NCBI GenBank assembly: GCA_034520565.1
Contig: JAXHNL010000002.1
Span: forward strand, 896,001 to 960,000
Direction: 5' to 3'
From: Halodesulfurarchaeum sp.
GTDB taxonomy: Archaea; Halobacteriota; Halobacteria; Halobacteriales; Halobacteriaceae
DNA length: 64,000 nucleotides
A program made the translations under genes and the position numbers. Each line of letters starts with the position of its first letter. Position 1 is the stretch's first letter. Of the stretch, positions 39,712 through 51,580 are shown piece after piece. Under the pieces are notes generated by a model, which did not search any database, had not been told where the DNA came from, and saw only the letters and a program-made list of their open reading frames with translations.

Positions 39712-40500
39712 CTACACGTCCCGCCGCCGGAACCACTCGGCGCTGGCGATGAGGAGGCCCAGCGCCACGGCGAGGAGGACGAGCGCCCCGGCGACGTCGT
39801 ACTCCCCGTCGACGAGGATCGCCGCCGGATCGTAGTACCGCGTCGGGCTCAACGCCCCGAGCCACTCGACGTCGGTGTTGTAGGTCACCGTCTCGAGGGT
39901 GAAAAGGCCGAAGAGGACGCCCAGGCCAGCACGCTGTGGAATGTCGGCCCGATCGAAAAAGACCGAGAGAAGGAGACCGATTGCCGCGGCAACCAGCAGG
40001 TACGGGACTGACAGGGCATGGAGCATGACGACGTCGAACACGGGGAGTGACTCCCCGATCGAGTGGACGGCGACCAGCAACACGACCGGCATGAGAACGT
40101 TGATCGCGAGTATCGGCACGAGCAGGGAGAGGTATTTCTCCACGACGATCCGGACCCGGGAGACCGGTGTCGCGAGCAGGGTATCGATCCGGCCCGATTC
40201 GACATCCGCCGCGATCAATCCGCCACCGAGGTAGGTGACATAGAGCCCCAGCATGAGGATCCAGATGAACTGGTAGATCTCGGCGGCGAGAAACCCTCCG
40301 ATCGTGGTGATCGACTCGATGGCGAAGGCACCCTGGAAGGCCTCCGGGAGCGATTCGGCGTACTCCTCGAACGCGGCACCACTGGCCTCGATCGAGGGAA
40401 ATACCCAGACGAGCATGAAGATGTAGAAACTCACGATGACGAGAAGCGTGGCCGTCCCCCTGGCCCGCTGGCGCGCCTCGTATTTCATGATCTCTAGCAT
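39712..40500 (-). CDS. ABC-2 type transporter permease
   Basis: Six TM segments; ESGRIDTLLATPVSR motif. Confidence 0.88.
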   Translation of the reverse strand: MLEIMKYEARQRARGTATLLVIVSFYIFMLVWVFPSIEASGAAFEEYAESLPEAFQGAFAIESITTIGGFLAAEIYQFIWILMLGLYVTYLGGGLIAADVESGRIDTLLATPVSRVRIVVEKYLSLLVPILAINVLMPVVLLVAVHSIGESLPVFDVVMLHALSVPYLLVAAAIGLLLSVFFDRADIPQRAGLGVLFGLFTLETVTYNTDVEWLGALSPTRYYDPAAILVDGEYDVAGALVLLAVALGLLIASAEWFRRRDV

Positions 40501-40584
40501 GGATCCACTCCTCCGGTTGGGTCCGCCAGTCGTTTCCCTGCCGTCTTCGCCCGGGGTGAGTACAGAGACAGCGGGGTTCCTCGC

Positions 40585-41469
40585 TCAGACATGGTCCTCC
40601 CCGTAGTAGTGCATGAATATCTCCTCGAGGGGCGGTTCCTCGATCTCCATGTCCACGAGCGAGTACCCGGAAAGTGTCCCGAGCAGTTCGTTGTAATCCC
40701 CGGTGAACGTGAACCGGGTAACCGTGCCAACCTGTTCGAACTCGACGACCCCTTCGAGGTCGAGGTCCTCGGCCGACAGCGGATCCTCGGTGTGGATCCG
40801 CACGCGTTTGCCCCCCTTCGACAGGAGCGACTCGATGTCCTCGAGGGCCACGAGTTTCCCCTCCCTGATGATCCCGACCCGGTCACAGGCCCGCCTGACC
40901 TCGCCGAGCACGTGCGAGGAGAAAAAGACCGTCGTTCCGGCCGCCCGCTCGTTCCTGAGGAACTTGTTGAGCTGTTCCTGTTTGAGTGGGTCCAGCCCGC
41001 TGGTTGGCTCGTCCATGATGACGAGGTCCGGATCGTGCATGAACGTCTGGATGAGCCCCAGCATCTGCCGGTTGCCGCTCGAATAGGTCCTGATCTTCCG
41101 GTCGAGAGGCGGATCGAAGATGTCGGTCATCTCATCGAGGCGCTCGCCGCCCTTCAATTTCGCCTGGTACTCGAGGAATGACCGACCGGTGACCGACTCG
41201 GTGAAGGCCAACTCGCCGGGGAGATAGCCGATGTTTCGCCGGGCTTCGCGCAACGCTTCGGCGTCGGTGATGTCCGCCCCGAGGACCGTCGCCGTCCCGC
41301 TGGTCGGCGAGATAAATCCCAGTAGCTGACGGATCGTCGTCGTCTTCCCGGCCCCGTTCGGACCGAGATAGCCGAATATTTCCCCCGCCTCGACGCCGAA
41401 CGTGAGGTCGTCGTTCGCGAGCGTATCCCCGTAATCCTTCGTGAGCCCGGTGACGTCGATGACGGTCAT
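40585..41469 (-). CDS. ABC transporter ATP-binding protein
   Basis: Walker A GPNGAGKT, signature YSSGNRQ, MDEPTSGLDP, SSH. Confidence 0.94.
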   Translation of the reverse strand: MTVIDVTGLTKDYGDTLANDDLTFGVEAGEIFGYLGPNGAGKTTTIRQLLGFISPTSGTATVLGADITDAEALREARRNIGYLPGELAFTESVTGRSFLEYQAKLKGGERLDEMTDIFDPPLDRKIRTYSSGNRQMLGLIQTFMHDPDLVIMDEPTSGLDPLKQEQLNKFLRNERAAGTTVFFSSHVLGEVRRACDRVGIIREGKLVALEDIESLLSKGGKRVRIHTEDPLSAEDLDLEGVVEFEQVGTVTRFTFTGDYNELLGTLSGYSLVDMEIEEPPLEEIFMHYYGEDHV

Positions 41470-41474
41470 GTCGC

Positions 41475-43379
41475 TCACCGGTTGAGCCACCACCAGCCGC
41501 CACCCAGCAGGCCGATTACAACGACCGCGAGTCCCGCGATCAGTATCGAGCTTCCCGTGGTCTCGCCCCCGCCATCGACGGTTATCGGCACGAGGTGTGG
41601 CCCATCGACCACCGTTCGGTCAGTCTCCGTTTCCGCAGTAAGGTTCAGGGCGAGCGTGTCGGTCGTCTCGATGCCATCCTCGGGGGTGGTAACCTCGAAG
41701 GCCACCACTGCTGATTCGCCCGGTTCGAGGCTCGCCACGTAGGCGGTCGGTGACTGGCTCTGGTATGGCGGTTGGGCTGTCAGGCTGGCCCGGATGTCCT
41801 CGAAGGACTCCGTGCCTTCGTTGGTAATCCGCACCCGGAGTTCGTTCGAGCTGTCGAGGTCGAAGGTGTTGTTCACCGGCTCGACGGTGAAGAGGTCCCC
41901 GGCGGTTGCCAGTTCGGCCCAGATCGTCGTGGTCTCGCTCCGGGCGGCCTGTCCGCCCTCGCCCGCGTATCTGACTTGTACCTCGAACGACTGGGAGGTC
42001 CGGTCGTCCCCAGCAACCCTGAGTTCGGCGCTCACTGTCGTCGATTCGCCCGTTCCGAGCGTGCCGACGGCGCTCCATCCATCGGTGACCTGCACGCCCG
42101 GGGTCCTCGAGGTGAGGGCGACGACCGCGTTTTCGATCGGTTGCTCGCCGGTGTTCGTCACCGTGGCCGAAAGCACCGGTCCCGGTCCAGTGTGGGTCAC
42201 GAAAACGTCGCTGTACTCGAACACCTCGACGGCTGTCACCGGGATTCCGACCGCGATCGGCCCGCTCTCGGACTGGATGCCGGCGGGATGCTCGAAGGCG
42301 AGAGTGGCTCGAATCGGAACCGACCCGGCCGAGACGGATTCGGCCGCGCCGACTGCCACGCTGACGGTCCGTTCCTCCGTTGGCGCCCATTCGCCGACGA
42401 AGTGCGTGGCCGCTTTCGCCCCGTCGAGCGTCAGGCCGGACCCGGTCGGTTCGAGGCGGAGCACGGCCTCACTGAGCGTCGTCTCCCCACGGTTCTCGAG
42501 TGTCAACTCGACGGTCCCGGTCTCGCCCGGTGAGACAGTCCCCGTGGTTTCAGCGACACCGAACCGGGTCGTTTCGGCCGGAGCGACCCCGATCGTTCGA
42601 GTCGGAGTTTGCGTCGTGATCCCGTTCGCGTTTCGATAGGACGGGGCCACCTGCAGGTCGTACGGCTGGGCCAGGGCCGCTCGCGTGGCCGTGACGGCGA
42701 CGGTCGCCCGGGCCGTGTCACCCGGTTCGAGGGTGCCGAGGAAGGTCGACGAACGGGCCTCGCCACCGACGGTCAGCGCCGCGTGCTGTGAGGAAAGCGC
42801 GACGCTCGCGTTCCGCGCCGGCTGTGAGCCGTCGTTTGCCATCGTGAGCGTCACCGTTCCGGTTTCGCCGGGATGGAGGTCGACGTCGACCGATTCGATC
42901 GCGAAAATCGGCCGTTCGGGAATCACGACCCTCGCCGTGACCGTCTCGGTCTCCCGTTCGTCGCCGTCGTATTCGTACGTAACCGCAAGTGGGAGGTGAT
43001 AGGTGCCGCCGGGAGCGCTGGCCGGAACCTCGATCCCGAGGTCGACGGTCGTGGATTCGCCGTCGGCGAGCCGGCCGAGCTGTCGTTCCCCGGAGGCGAC
43101 CTCGATCGGCGTCGATCCGCTCTTCGCCGTGACTTTCACGTTCGAAGCCGGTTTGACCTCGTCGTCGACGTCCGCGGCATCGTTCGTGAGCGTGACGGTG
43201 AGGGTCTGGGTTGCCCCCGGCTGGAGTTCCGGTTCGGGGACGCTCGTCTCGAACCGCGGGTCTTCGGCTGCCGAGACCGGCAGGACGAACAGGCTGCCGA
43301 CGACCAGGAGGACGAGCAACACGCCAAGGGCGCGTCGGGCCAGGGAGGGTGTGGAGGGCGAGAGGCGGTGACGCGACAT
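41475..43379 (-). CDS. COG1361 S-layer-domain (Ig-like repeat) secreted protein with C-terminal TM anchor
   Basis: Signal peptide, repeated LxPGExxTV / LxNxG beta-sandwich units, C-terminal TM segment. Confidence 0.82.
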   Translation of the reverse strand: MSRHRLSPSTPSLARRALGVLLVLLVVGSLFVLPVSAAEDPRFETSVPEPELQPGATQTLTVTLTNDAADVDDEVKPASNVKVTAKSGSTPIEVASGERQLGRLADGESTTVDLGIEVPASAPGGTYHLPLAVTYEYDGDERETETVTARVVIPERPIFAIESVDVDLHPGETGTVTLTMANDGSQPARNASVALSSQHAALTVGGEARSSTFLGTLEPGDTARATVAVTATRAALAQPYDLQVAPSYRNANGITTQTPTRTIGVAPAETTRFGVAETTGTVSPGETGTVELTLENRGETTLSEAVLRLEPTGSGLTLDGAKAATHFVGEWAPTEERTVSVAVGAAESVSAGSVPIRATLAFEHPAGIQSESGPIAVGIPVTAVEVFEYSDVFVTHTGPGPVLSATVTNTGEQPIENAVVALTSRTPGVQVTDGWSAVGTLGTGESTTVSAELRVAGDDRTSQSFEVQVRYAGEGGQAARSETTTIWAELATAGDLFTVEPVNNTFDLDSSNELRVRITNEGTESFEDIRASLTAQPPYQSQSPTAYVASLEPGESAVVAFEVTTPEDGIETTDTLALNLTAETETDRTVVDGPHLVPITVDGGGETTGSSILIAGLAVVVIGLLGGGWWWLNR

Positions 43380-43552
43380 GATTGCAAACTCGCGTGGTGT
43401 CCCTATAAGCATGGGTGACTATTTGTTCAGTCCCGTCTGCTGGCATTCCTCGCCCGTTTGGACGGGGATCCGCAGAACTGTGTATCCGGCAAATATTCCG
43501 GGACGACCGCGGGTCGCCACCCTTATACCCCTATCCCGTGCTACGGAGGTGC

Positions 43553-44428
43553 ATGCTGACGGTCACGGCTCCGGCGACGAGTGCGAATCTCGGGAGCGGC
43601 TTCGACGTCTTCGGCGTGGCGTTCGACCGTCCCCTCGACGTGGTCCGTGTCGAGCGGGCCGAAGCGACGACCCTCGAGGTCGAGGGCGTCGGGAGCCAGT
43701 ACATTCCGACAGATCCCGAACGCAACACCGCCGGGGTCGTCGCAGCGGAACTCGGCACCCCCGCGCACATCGTCATCGACAAGGGAGTCAGGCCGGCATC
43801 GGGGCTGGGCTCCTCCGCGGCCAGCGCCGCCGCGGCCGCCGTCGGGCTCTCGGAACTCTACGATACGGGTCACACCCGCGAGGAACTGGTCCGCATCGCC
43901 GCCGAGGGCGAGGCGGTGGTTTCCGGTTCCGCCCACGCGGATAACGTCGCGCCGGCGATCCTCGGCGGCTTTACAGTCGTCCGCGAGAACGGCGTCGAAT
44001 CCGTCGACGCGACGGTTCCGCTGGTCGCGTGTCTCCCGGAAACCGTCGTTTCGACCCGGGAGGCCCGGCAGGTGCTTCCCGAGCGGGTCGACCTCTCGGC
44101 GATGACCGAGACGGTCGGCAACGCCGCCACGCTCACGATCGGCATGCATCGCAACGATCCGGAACTGATCGGTCAGGGGATGGCCGAGTCGGTGGTCACG
44201 CCGGCCCGGGCGGCACTCATCGACGGCTACGACGAGGCCGTCGCGGCGGCCAAAGCCGCCGGCGCGACGGGGGTCACCGTGAGTGGGGCGGGGCCAGCCC
44301 TGCTTGCCGTCACCCACTCCGGGGACCAGCGAGCGGTCGCGGCCGCAATGGTCGACGCCTTCGAGGCAAAGGGGATCGAGGCCAGAACGTTCTCGACGAT
44401 GATCGGGGACGGCGCGCAGATTCACTGA
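43553..44428 (+). CDS. thrB: Homoserine kinase
   Basis: APATSANLGSGFD, GLGSSAAS, HADNVAP and SGAGP motifs. Confidence 0.95.
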   Translation: MLTVTAPATSANLGSGFDVFGVAFDRPLDVVRVERAEATTLEVEGVGSQYIPTDPERNTAGVVAAELGTPAHIVIDKGVRPASGLGSSAASAAAAAVGLSELYDTGHTREELVRIAAEGEAVVSGSAHADNVAPAILGGFTVVRENGVESVDATVPLVACLPETVVSTREARQVLPERVDLSAMTETVGNAATLTIGMHRNDPELIGQGMAESVVTPARAALIDGYDEAVAAAKAAGATGVTVSGAGPALLAVTHSGDQRAVAAAMVDAFEAKGIEARTFSTMIGDGAQIH

Positions 44429-44895
44429 TCGACGCCGTGGGAACGATCGACATCGTGGGAATGCTCGTGTTGGGTATCCACCCGATCCGCCTCGACGACG
44501 GTCAGCTTGACGTTGTGGACGCCCTGTAACGGCCGAAGACGGGAGACCAGCGACTCGATTCGCTCGCCCGGACCGTCGACAGCGATCGACTCCAGACAGA
44601 GGTCGTGGCTGAGGTGGACGTGATGGACGGCGATGATTGTCTCGGTGAAGTCGTGTTGGAGTTCGGTCATCGTGTCGGTCACGTCCCCGTGCTCGTGCTC
44701 GAAGAGGACCACCACCGTCCCGCTGAGATTGCCGGAGAGCCCGGTCTGCTGTTTGAACTCCGTGAGAAACGCCCTGAGTGCGTCCCGTGTCGCCTCGGAC
44801 CGGCTGTCGTACGCTCCGGCCTCGACCACCGCGTCGAGTTCGGCGAGGAGTTCCGGCGGGAGCGTGACTGACATCCGGTCGACGTCCCTGCTCAT
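44422..44895 (-). CDS. nikR: Nickel-responsive regulator NikR family protein
   Basis: N-terminal RHH RMSVTLP..SRSEATRDA; C-terminal QH...HHVHL...CLE metal ligands. Confidence 0.85.
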   Translation of the reverse strand: MSRDVDRMSVTLPPELLAELDAVVEAGAYDSRSEATRDALRAFLTEFKQQTGLSGNLSGTVVVLFEHEHGDVTDTMTELQHDFTETIIAVHHVHLSHDLCLESIAVDGPGERIESLVSRLRPLQGVHNVKLTVVEADRVDTQHEHSHDVDRSHGVDQ

Positions 44896-44961
44896 GGGCG
44901 TGTCTTTTTCGGGCACCGAGTTAACTGTGCCCGTGAGTTAGAACCCGACGCGACTCCCGAT

Positions 44962-45951
44962 CTATCGGTCCGACAGCCGGTCGAGAATGGCCTTCGTGAC
45001 CGACTCGGTCGTCCCGTTTCCACCCAGGTCGGGGGTCCGCGGGCCGGATTCGAGGGTGTCCTCGACGGCGGAACGAACCCGTTTGGCGGCTCCGTCCTCG
45101 CCGAGATACTCGAGCAACATCGCCGCGCTCAACACCATCGCGCTCGGGTTCGCGATCCCCTCGCCGGCGATGTCGGGAGCCGATCCGTGGACCGGCTCGA
45201 AGAGGGCCCGGTCCGGGCCGACGTTCGCGCTCGGAAGCAGACCGAGGCCGCCGACCAGGCCCGCCGCGAGGTCCGAGAGCACGTCCCCCGCGAGATTGGG
45301 GGTGACGATCACGTCGAACTCCTCGGGGCGGAGGATGAGGTGCATCGCGAGTGCGTCCATGAGCACCTCGTCGGTCTCGACGCCGCGGTTCTCCGCGACC
45401 CGAGCGACGGCGTCCCGGAACCGGCCGTCGGTCTCGCGCATTACGTTTGCCTTGTGGGCGATCGTGAACGCGTCGAGGCCGCGATCGGTCACGTACTCGC
45501 AGGCGTATTCCGCGAGCCGCTCCGAGGCATCGTCAGTGACGACCCGTGTCAGCGTGCTCAGGTTCTCGGAGAGTCGGTCCTCGTGGCCCGAATACACGCC
45601 CTCGGTGTTCTCCCGGAGGAAGACGAGGTCGGTGTCGGGTTTGACTGCGTCGACGCCGGGATAGGTTCGGGCCGGCCGCACGTTGACGAACGAATCCACG
45701 GCCGACCGGAGCGGGAGGATGACGTCTGCGGCGGTCTCACCGGCTGCGCCGAAGAGCGTGGCGTCGGTCGAGGCGGCCAGTTCCCGGGTCTCCTCGGGGA
45801 GTGGGTCACGGCCCTCCGCAGCCACGTGGTCGCCTGCCTCCGCCTCGACGAACTCGACGTCCACGTCGACGGCTTCGAGAACCGACACGGCAGCCGGCAT
45901 GACCTCGTTCCCGATGCCGTCCCCCGGGATCACGCACACTTCGACGGTCAT
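44962..45951 (-). CDS. leuB: 3-isopropylmalate dehydrogenase
   Basis: [22 protein letters not shown] and [13 protein letters not shown] motifs; operon context. Confidence 0.93.
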   Translation of the reverse strand: MTVEVCVIPGDGIGNEVMPAAVSVLEAVDVDVEFVEAEAGDHVAAEGRDPLPEETRELAASTDATLFGAAGETAADVILPLRSAVDSFVNVRPARTYPGVDAVKPDTDLVFLRENTEGVYSGHEDRLSENLSTLTRVVTDDASERLAEYACEYVTDRGLDAFTIAHKANVMRETDGRFRDAVARVAENRGVETDEVLMDALAMHLILRPEEFDVIVTPNLAGDVLSDLAAGLVGGLGLLPSANVGPDRALFEPVHGSAPDIAGEGIANPSAMVLSAAMLLEYLGEDGAAKRVRSAVEDTLESGPRTPDLGGNGTTESVTKAILDRLSDR

Positions 45952-46595
45952 CGTGCCTCCGGGATCTCTCCGCTCTCGATGTAGGGAAGTGCCTGGGCTC
46001 GCTCGCGGACCGCCTCGAAGTTCGCCCGCATGACGGCGGTCGTGTCCCAGGTCCCCTCGGAGAGCGCCTGCTGCTGGGCGCCGTCGATCTCGACGTCGAT
46101 GGTCGTGTCGCCGTAGGTCACGGTGGCCGCCTCGACGTCGATCTCGATCTCGCCGTCGGGATTGTCCTCGATCCAGTCCTGAATTTGTGTGACCGTCTCG
46201 GTGTCTGCAGTCACCGTCGGGAGTCCCAGTGCGAGACAGTTCCCGCGGAATATCTCGGCGAAGGACTCGCCGATCAGGCCCTGGATGCCCCAGCGCATCA
46301 GCGCCTGTGGGGCGTGCTCCCGGGAGGATCCCGAGCCGAAGTTCGCGTTGACGGCCATGATCGAGGCCGTGCGGAACTTGTCGTCCTCGAGGGGATGGTT
46401 CTCGGCCTCGGCTCGCTGGTCGTAGAAGGCGTACTGGCCCAGTCCCTCGAAGGTGACGACCTTCATGAAGCGGGCCGGGATGATCTGGTCGGTGTCGATG
46501 TCGTTGCCGCGGATGGGAATGCCGGTTCCGGACACTGCCGGAATCCGCTCGGCTGGCGGTTCGTTTCCTCCCTTTCCGCCGTCCGTCCCGTTCAT
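45948..46595 (-). CDS. leuD: 3-isopropylmalate dehydratase small subunit
   Basis: [12 protein letters not shown] and [12 protein letters not shown] motifs. Confidence 0.95.
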   Translation of the reverse strand: MNGTDGGKGGNEPPAERIPAVSGTGIPIRGNDIDTDQIIPARFMKVVTFEGLGQYAFYDQRAEAENHPLEDDKFRTASIMAVNANFGSGSSREHAPQALMRWGIQGLIGESFAEIFRGNCLALGLPTVTADTETVTQIQDWIEDNPDGEIEIDVEAATVTYGDTTIDVEIDGAQQQALSEGTWDTTAVMRANFEAVRERAQALPYIESGEIPEAR

Positions 46596-48010
46596 GCCGG
46601 TTTCACCTCCGTGAAGGAGCGGATATCAGTCACTTCTCCGGTCACCGCCGCCGCCGCGACCATCTGTGGACTCATGAGGACGGTCCGCCCGTCCTTCGAG
46701 CCCTGCCGTCCGATGAAGTTGCGGTTCGATGAGGAGGCAGATACTTCGTCGCCCTCGAGCTGGTCCTCGTTCATTCCCAGACACATCGAACAGCCCGCCT
46801 CGCGCCATTCGAAGCCGGCCTTGCGGAACACCTCGTCGAGTCCCTCGGCTTCCGCTGCGGCCTTCACTCGCTGGCTGCCGGGGACGACCATCGCCCGAAC
46901 ATCGGGGTGGACCTCCCGCCCCTCGAGCACCGCCGCAGCCTGTCTTAGGTCGGAGAGCCGGCCGTTCGTACAGGTCCCGAGGAACGCGACGTCGACGTCG
47001 TATCCGTCCATCGTTTGGCCCGGCTCGACGCCCATGTGCTCGTAGGCCTGCTCGGCCGTCTCCCGCTTGTCCGCGGGCAGGTCCTCGGGCACGGGAATTG
47101 GCTCCGAGATGCCGACGACTTGCCCCGGGTTGATGCCCCAGGTGACCGAGGGCTCGATCGCGGACCCGTCTATCTCGACTACGTCGTCGTAGGTTGCATC
47201 TGGGTCGGAGCTGATCGATTCCCAGTAGGCTTTGCGCTCCTCGAGGGCCTCGCCTTCGGGGACTGCCTCCCGTCCCTCGAGGTACTCGTATGTGGTCTCG
47301 TCGGGGTTGACGTAGCCGGCACGTGCGCCACCCTCGATTGACATGTTACACAGCGTCATCCGCTCGTGCATCGACATCGACTCGACCACGCTCCCCCCGT
47401 ACTCGTAGACGTAGCCGACACCGCCGTCGGTGCCCAACTCGCGGATGATCGACAGTACCACGTCCTTCGCGGTGACGCCCTCGCCGAGCTCGCCGGTCAC
47501 CTCGATCTTTCTGACCGCCTGTTTCTCCATCGCGACCGACTGGGTCGCGAGCACGTCCCGGATCTGGCTCGTGCCGATCCCGAAGGCCAGGGCCCCGAAC
47601 GCGCCGTGGGTGGCGGTGTGACTGTCTCCACAGACGATCGTCATGCCCGGCTGGGTCAACCCCTGTTCCGGACCGATGACGTGGACGATGCCCTGGTTGC
47701 CGGTCTCGGGGCCGGAGAATCGGATGCCCGCTTCCCGCACGTTCTCCTCGAGTTCTTCGAGCATCGTCTCTGCGGCCCCGTCCCCGAACGGCCGCGAGCG
47801 GTCCCCGGTCGGGACGATGTGATCGACGGTCGCGTGGGTCCGCTCCGGGAAGGCCACCTCGAGAGACCGCTCCCGGAGCATGCCGAATGCCTGCGGGCTC
47901 GTGACCTCGTGGATCAGGTGGAGGCCCACGAACAGCTGGTCCTGGCCCGTCGGAAGCGTTTCGACGAGGTGCTCGTTCCAGACGTGATCGTAGAGGGTGC
48001 CCTCACTCAT
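46592..48010 (-). CDS. leuC: 3-isopropylmalate dehydratase large subunit
   Basis: [31 protein letters not shown] and SNRNF motifs. Confidence 0.96.
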   Translation of the reverse strand: MSEGTLYDHVWNEHLVETLPTGQDQLFVGLHLIHEVTSPQAFGMLRERSLEVAFPERTHATVDHIVPTGDRSRPFGDGAAETMLEELEENVREAGIRFSGPETGNQGIVHVIGPEQGLTQPGMTIVCGDSHTATHGAFGALAFGIGTSQIRDVLATQSVAMEKQAVRKIEVTGELGEGVTAKDVVLSIIRELGTDGGVGYVYEYGGSVVESMSMHERMTLCNMSIEGGARAGYVNPDETTYEYLEGREAVPEGEALEERKAYWESISSDPDATYDDVVEIDGSAIEPSVTWGINPGQVVGISEPIPVPEDLPADKRETAEQAYEHMGVEPGQTMDGYDVDVAFLGTCTNGRLSDLRQAAAVLEGREVHPDVRAMVVPGSQRVKAAAEAEGLDEVFRKAGFEWREAGCSMCLGMNEDQLEGDEVSASSSNRNFIGRQGSKDGRTVLMSPQMVAAAAVTGEVTDIRSFTEVKPA

Positions 48011-49013
48011 CGTCGGCCCACGCGAACATCGATCGCAGTCGTTCGCCGACGTCCTCGATCTCGTGGTTCTCTTCGGCGTTTCGCTGCTGGGTGTAGGCCG
48101 GGCGCCCGGCCTGGTTCTCCGCGATCCACTCGCGTGCGAACTCGCCGTTCTGGATCTCCTCGAGGATCGCCTCCATGTTTGCCTTGACGTCCTCGTCGAC
48201 GACGACGTCTCCGCGGGTGAGTCCGCCGTATTCGGCGGTATCCGAGACCGAGTTCCACATCTCACCCAGCCCACCCTCGTACATCAGGTCGACGATGAGT
48301 TTGAGTTCATTGAGGACCTCGAAGTAAGCCATTTCGGGGCTGTAACCGTTCTCGGTGAGGGTCTCGTAACCGGTCTTGACGAGGCTCGTGACGCCGCCAC
48401 AGAGGACGGCCTGCTCGCCGAAGAGGTCGGATTCGGTCTCCTCCTGGAAGCTGGTCTCGATGACCCCTGCTCGTGCACAGCCGATGCCCTGCGCGTAGGC
48501 CAGTGCCTCCTCGAGGGCCTCGTCGGTGGCGTCCTGGTAGATCGCGACCAGTGCCGGAGTTCCCTCGCCGGCCTCGTAATTGCGCCGCACGAGGTGACCG
48601 GGACTCTTCGGTGCGACCATCGTTACGTCGACGCCCTCGGGCGGTTCGATCTGGTTGTAGTGGATGTTGAACCCGTGGGCGAACTGGAGGGTGTCTCCGG
48701 GATCGAGTTCGGGTTCGATCTGCTCGTAGACTGCGGGCTGGACCGTATCGGGGACCAGCATCGAGACGACGTCGGCCTCGGCGGCTGCCTCCGTCGGCGT
48801 CGCGACTCGGAGGCCGTCTTCTTTGACTGCGGCCCGTGTATCCGAGCCGGCTTTGAGCCCGACGACCACGTCGACCCCGCTCTCAGCGAGGTTCTGTGCG
48901 TGGGCGTGGCCCTGGCTGCCGTAGCCGAGGACGGCGACGGTCTTCTCGGTGATCTTGGAACTGTCCGCGTCTTCGTCGTAGTATACCGGTCGGGTGAATT
49001 CGTCGTCTGTCAT
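48003..49013 (-). CDS. ilvC: Ketol-acid reductoisomerase
   Basis: [18 protein letters not shown] and [12 protein letters not shown] motifs. Confidence 0.96.
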   Translation of the reverse strand: MTDDEFTRPVYYDEDADSSKITEKTVAVLGYGSQGHAHAQNLAESGVDVVVGLKAGSDTRAAVKEDGLRVATPTEAAAEADVVSMLVPDTVQPAVYEQIEPELDPGDTLQFAHGFNIHYNQIEPPEGVDVTMVAPKSPGHLVRRNYEAGEGTPALVAIYQDATDEALEEALAYAQGIGCARAGVIETSFQEETESDLFGEQAVLCGGVTSLVKTGYETLTENGYSPEMAYFEVLNELKLIVDLMYEGGLGEMWNSVSDTAEYGGLTRGDVVVDEDVKANMEAILEEIQNGEFAREWIAENQAGRPAYTQQRNAEENHEIEDVGERLRSMFAWADDE

Positions 49014-49600
49014 GTGGTGGATTGCGTGCCGCTGGCGAGGGCGGCGGTGCCCGTGCGGGCGACTTCGTGTACGCCGAACTGTTCGAACGCCTCGATCGCG
49101 GCGTCGATCGCTGCTTCCGTGCCCGTCAATTCGACCGTGAGGATTCCGTCGTCGCATTGGAGGGTCTGCCCGTCGTACATCTCCGCGAGCGCGGCGACCC
49201 CTGCCGGGTCGTCGCCGTCGACCTTGATGAGTGCGAGTTCGCGCTCGACGGCTCCCCTGACTTCCCGGACCGACCAGGCGTGTACCTCCTTTCTGAGCTG
49301 CCGTTTGGCCTGCTCGATGCCCGGTTCGTCCTCCTCGACGACGATGGTCATGCGGGCTTTCGACTCGTCGATGGTCGGCCCGACGGTTAGACTCTCGATG
49401 TTGAGCTGTCGTCGCGCGAAGAGCCCGGACACGTTGGCCAGGACGCCGGGCTCGTGATCGACGAGCGCCGAGATCACGGCCCGCCGCTCCTCGAGTTCGG
49501 CCTCGGCCTCCGGGTCGATCCGGATCCCCTGGGCGTTCCGGCGGCCGGCGGGCATCTCCCGTTCGTCGGGAGCGGCCCCTTGCATCCGTTCTCCCGTCAT
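49010..49600 (-). CDS. ilvN: Acetolactate synthase small (regulatory) subunit
   Basis: ACT domain [25 protein letters not shown]; ERELALIKV; EVARTG. Confidence 0.93.
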   Translation of the reverse strand: MTGERMQGAAPDEREMPAGRRNAQGIRIDPEAEAELEERRAVISALVDHEPGVLANVSGLFARRQLNIESLTVGPTIDESKARMTIVVEEDEPGIEQAKRQLRKEVHAWSVREVRGAVERELALIKVDGDDPAGVAALAEMYDGQTLQCDDGILTVELTGTEAAIDAAIEAFEQFGVHEVARTGTAALASGTQSTT

Positions 49601-51387
49601 AGGTGATCGGCCCCCAGTGCGAACCGCGCGTTGTTGCCACCGCTTGGCACCATCGGGTACACGTCCGCCACGGGATCGACGTGGAAGTCGATCACCGAGG
49701 GGCCGTCGTAGGCGAGTGCCTCGTCGATCGCGTCCGGCACCTCGTCATAGCCCATCACTCGCAGCCCCTGGGCCCCATAGGCCTCCGCCAGCGTCGCGAA
49801 GTCCGGGCCCCAGTCCCACTTGCTCTCGTAGCGCCGTTCGTCGTAGAAGGCGTCCTGCCACTGCCGGATCATCCCGACGTAGCTGTTGTTCAGGATGGCG
49901 ACGGTGATGTCGAGTTCCTCTCGCACCGCCGGCGCGATCGCCTGGCTGGTCATCAGGAAGGAACCGTCGCCCTCGAAGGCGATGACCTGCTTCTCGGGGG
50001 CGGCCAGTTTGGCCCCCACTGCAGCAGGAGCGCCATAGCCCATCGTTCCCAGCCCGTTCGAGGAGACCCAGGTCCGGGGCTCCGTGTAGGTCCAGTACTG
50101 GGCGGCCCACATCTGGTGTTGCCCGACGCCGGTGGTGACGATCGCGTCGTCGGCTGCGGCTTCGTTCATCGCTTCGACCACGAACTGCGGTTTCAGCGGC
50201 TGGTCCTGTGGCGTCTCGTAGCCCATCGGATACTCGGCTTTCCACGATTGAGTGCGGTCCCGCCACGCATCGGCCGGCGGTTCGGTCGGCATGGCCCCGT
50301 GTAACTGCTCGAGAACCGCCCCGGCGTCGCCGATGAGCGGGTACTCGGCGTGGATGTTCTTCGAAATCTCGGCCGGATCGATATCGACGTGGATGACTTC
50401 TGCTCCGGGTGCGAACGTCTCGATGCCGCCGGTCAACCGGTCGTCGAAGCGGGTGCCCACACCCAGCAGCACGTCGCAATGGCTCAACGCCATGTTGGCG
50501 TAGCCAGTCCCGTGCATGCCGCCCATCTCCATCGCGAGTGCGTGGTCCTCCGGGAAGGAGCCCAGGCCCGGCATGGTCGTGACGACCGGGATGCCGTACT
50601 CCATGGCGAATTCCCGGAGTTCCTCGCTCGCCTCGCCCTTGATCACGCCACCGCCGGAGAGGATGAGCGGTCGCTCGGCGTTCGCGAGTGCCTCGGCGGC
50701 CGCAGCAACCGTCTCGGAGTCGGCCTCTGGGCCCGGCACCTGATACGATTCGGGCGTGGTCGGCATTGACGGCTCGACGTCGGTTTCGCCCTGTGTCACG
50801 TTCTTGGGGAGATCCACCAGCGTCGGCCCCTGCCGTCCCTCCTTGGCCAGCGCCATGGCGGTTCCGACGTCGTCGCCGACGGAGTCGGGATTCGTGGCAA
50901 AGATGTTGGCCTTGGTGATCGGGGCAGTGATGCCCATCGTGTTCGTCTCCTGGAAGGCGTCGTTACCGACCATCTCCTGGGCGACCTGGCCGGTCAGCGA
51001 GACGACCGGGTCCGAATCCAGGTTGGCGTCGGCGATCCCCGTGACCAGGTTCGTCGCGCCCGGTCCCGAGGTGGTGATCGTTACCCCGGGATCGCCCGAG
51101 ACGATCCCGTAGGCGTCGGCCGCGTGGGACGCACCCTGTTCGTGGGCCATCGAGACGTGGTGGATGTCCGAATCGTGGAGGGCGTCGTAAACCGGCATGA
51201 TCGCCCCGCCCTGCACGCCGAAGGTTATCTCGACGTCGGCTTTCTCGAGGGCCGTGACGACCGAGTGGGCGCCGGTCGTCTGTTCCTCGTCTGCAGTCGT
51301 TTCACTCGTTTCACCTGTTTCGGCCGGCGAGTCCGCTGACTCCGCCGGCGGGTCGGTCGGTTCCGGTTTCGGTTGGGGTTTGCTCAT
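49597..51387 (-). CDS. ilvB: Acetolactate synthase large subunit
   Basis: [32 protein letters not shown] motif GDGSF..NN. Confidence 0.96.
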   Translation of the reverse strand: MSKPQPKPEPTDPPAESADSPAETGETSETTADEEQTTGAHSVVTALEKADVEITFGVQGGAIMPVYDALHDSDIHHVSMAHEQGASHAADAYGIVSGDPGVTITTSGPGATNLVTGIADANLDSDPVVSLTGQVAQEMVGNDAFQETNTMGITAPITKANIFATNPDSVGDDVGTAMALAKEGRQGPTLVDLPKNVTQGETDVEPSMPTTPESYQVPGPEADSETVAAAAEALANAERPLILSGGGVIKGEASEELREFAMEYGIPVVTTMPGLGSFPEDHALAMEMGGMHGTGYANMALSHCDVLLGVGTRFDDRLTGGIETFAPGAEVIHVDIDPAEISKNIHAEYPLIGDAGAVLEQLHGAMPTEPPADAWRDRTQSWKAEYPMGYETPQDQPLKPQFVVEAMNEAAADDAIVTTGVGQHQMWAAQYWTYTEPRTWVSSNGLGTMGYGAPAAVGAKLAAPEKQVIAFEGDGSFLMTSQAIAPAVREELDITVAILNNSYVGMIRQWQDAFYDERRYESKWDWGPDFATLAEAYGAQGLRVMGYDEVPDAIDEALAYDGPSVIDFHVDPVADVYPMVPSGGNNARFALGADHL

Positions 51388-51499
51388 TGGTTTCCGTGGG
51401 CGTGATCGGTCAGTTGCGAATCGATACCCGCTGTCCCGTTCGGATGGACCCTGCTCGGGGCAATATCGGCCTGCCGAACGAGACGATCTGGAGAAGGTG

Positions 51500-51580
51500 T
51501 TACTGGGGGCCCGGGGCCCCTACGATCGCGATGCTGGCCGCACATGCCACGGAAATCGACTGCTGGCGAACGTGGGCCAT
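51500..51580 (-). promoter_or_regulatory. Putative ilvB leader peptide ORF (MAHVRQQSISVACAASIAIVGAPGPQ) with overlapping GC hairpin
   Basis: ATG about 28-33 nt downstream of an ATAAAT TATA-like box; 6 Ile/Val codons; GGGGC-N5-GCCCC stem at 51506-51520. Confidence 0.5.

Noticed and set aside
44422-44895. NikR without neighbouring nickel transporter genes
   Set aside because: Stand-alone NikR paralogues are common in archaea, and I found no operator evidence here.
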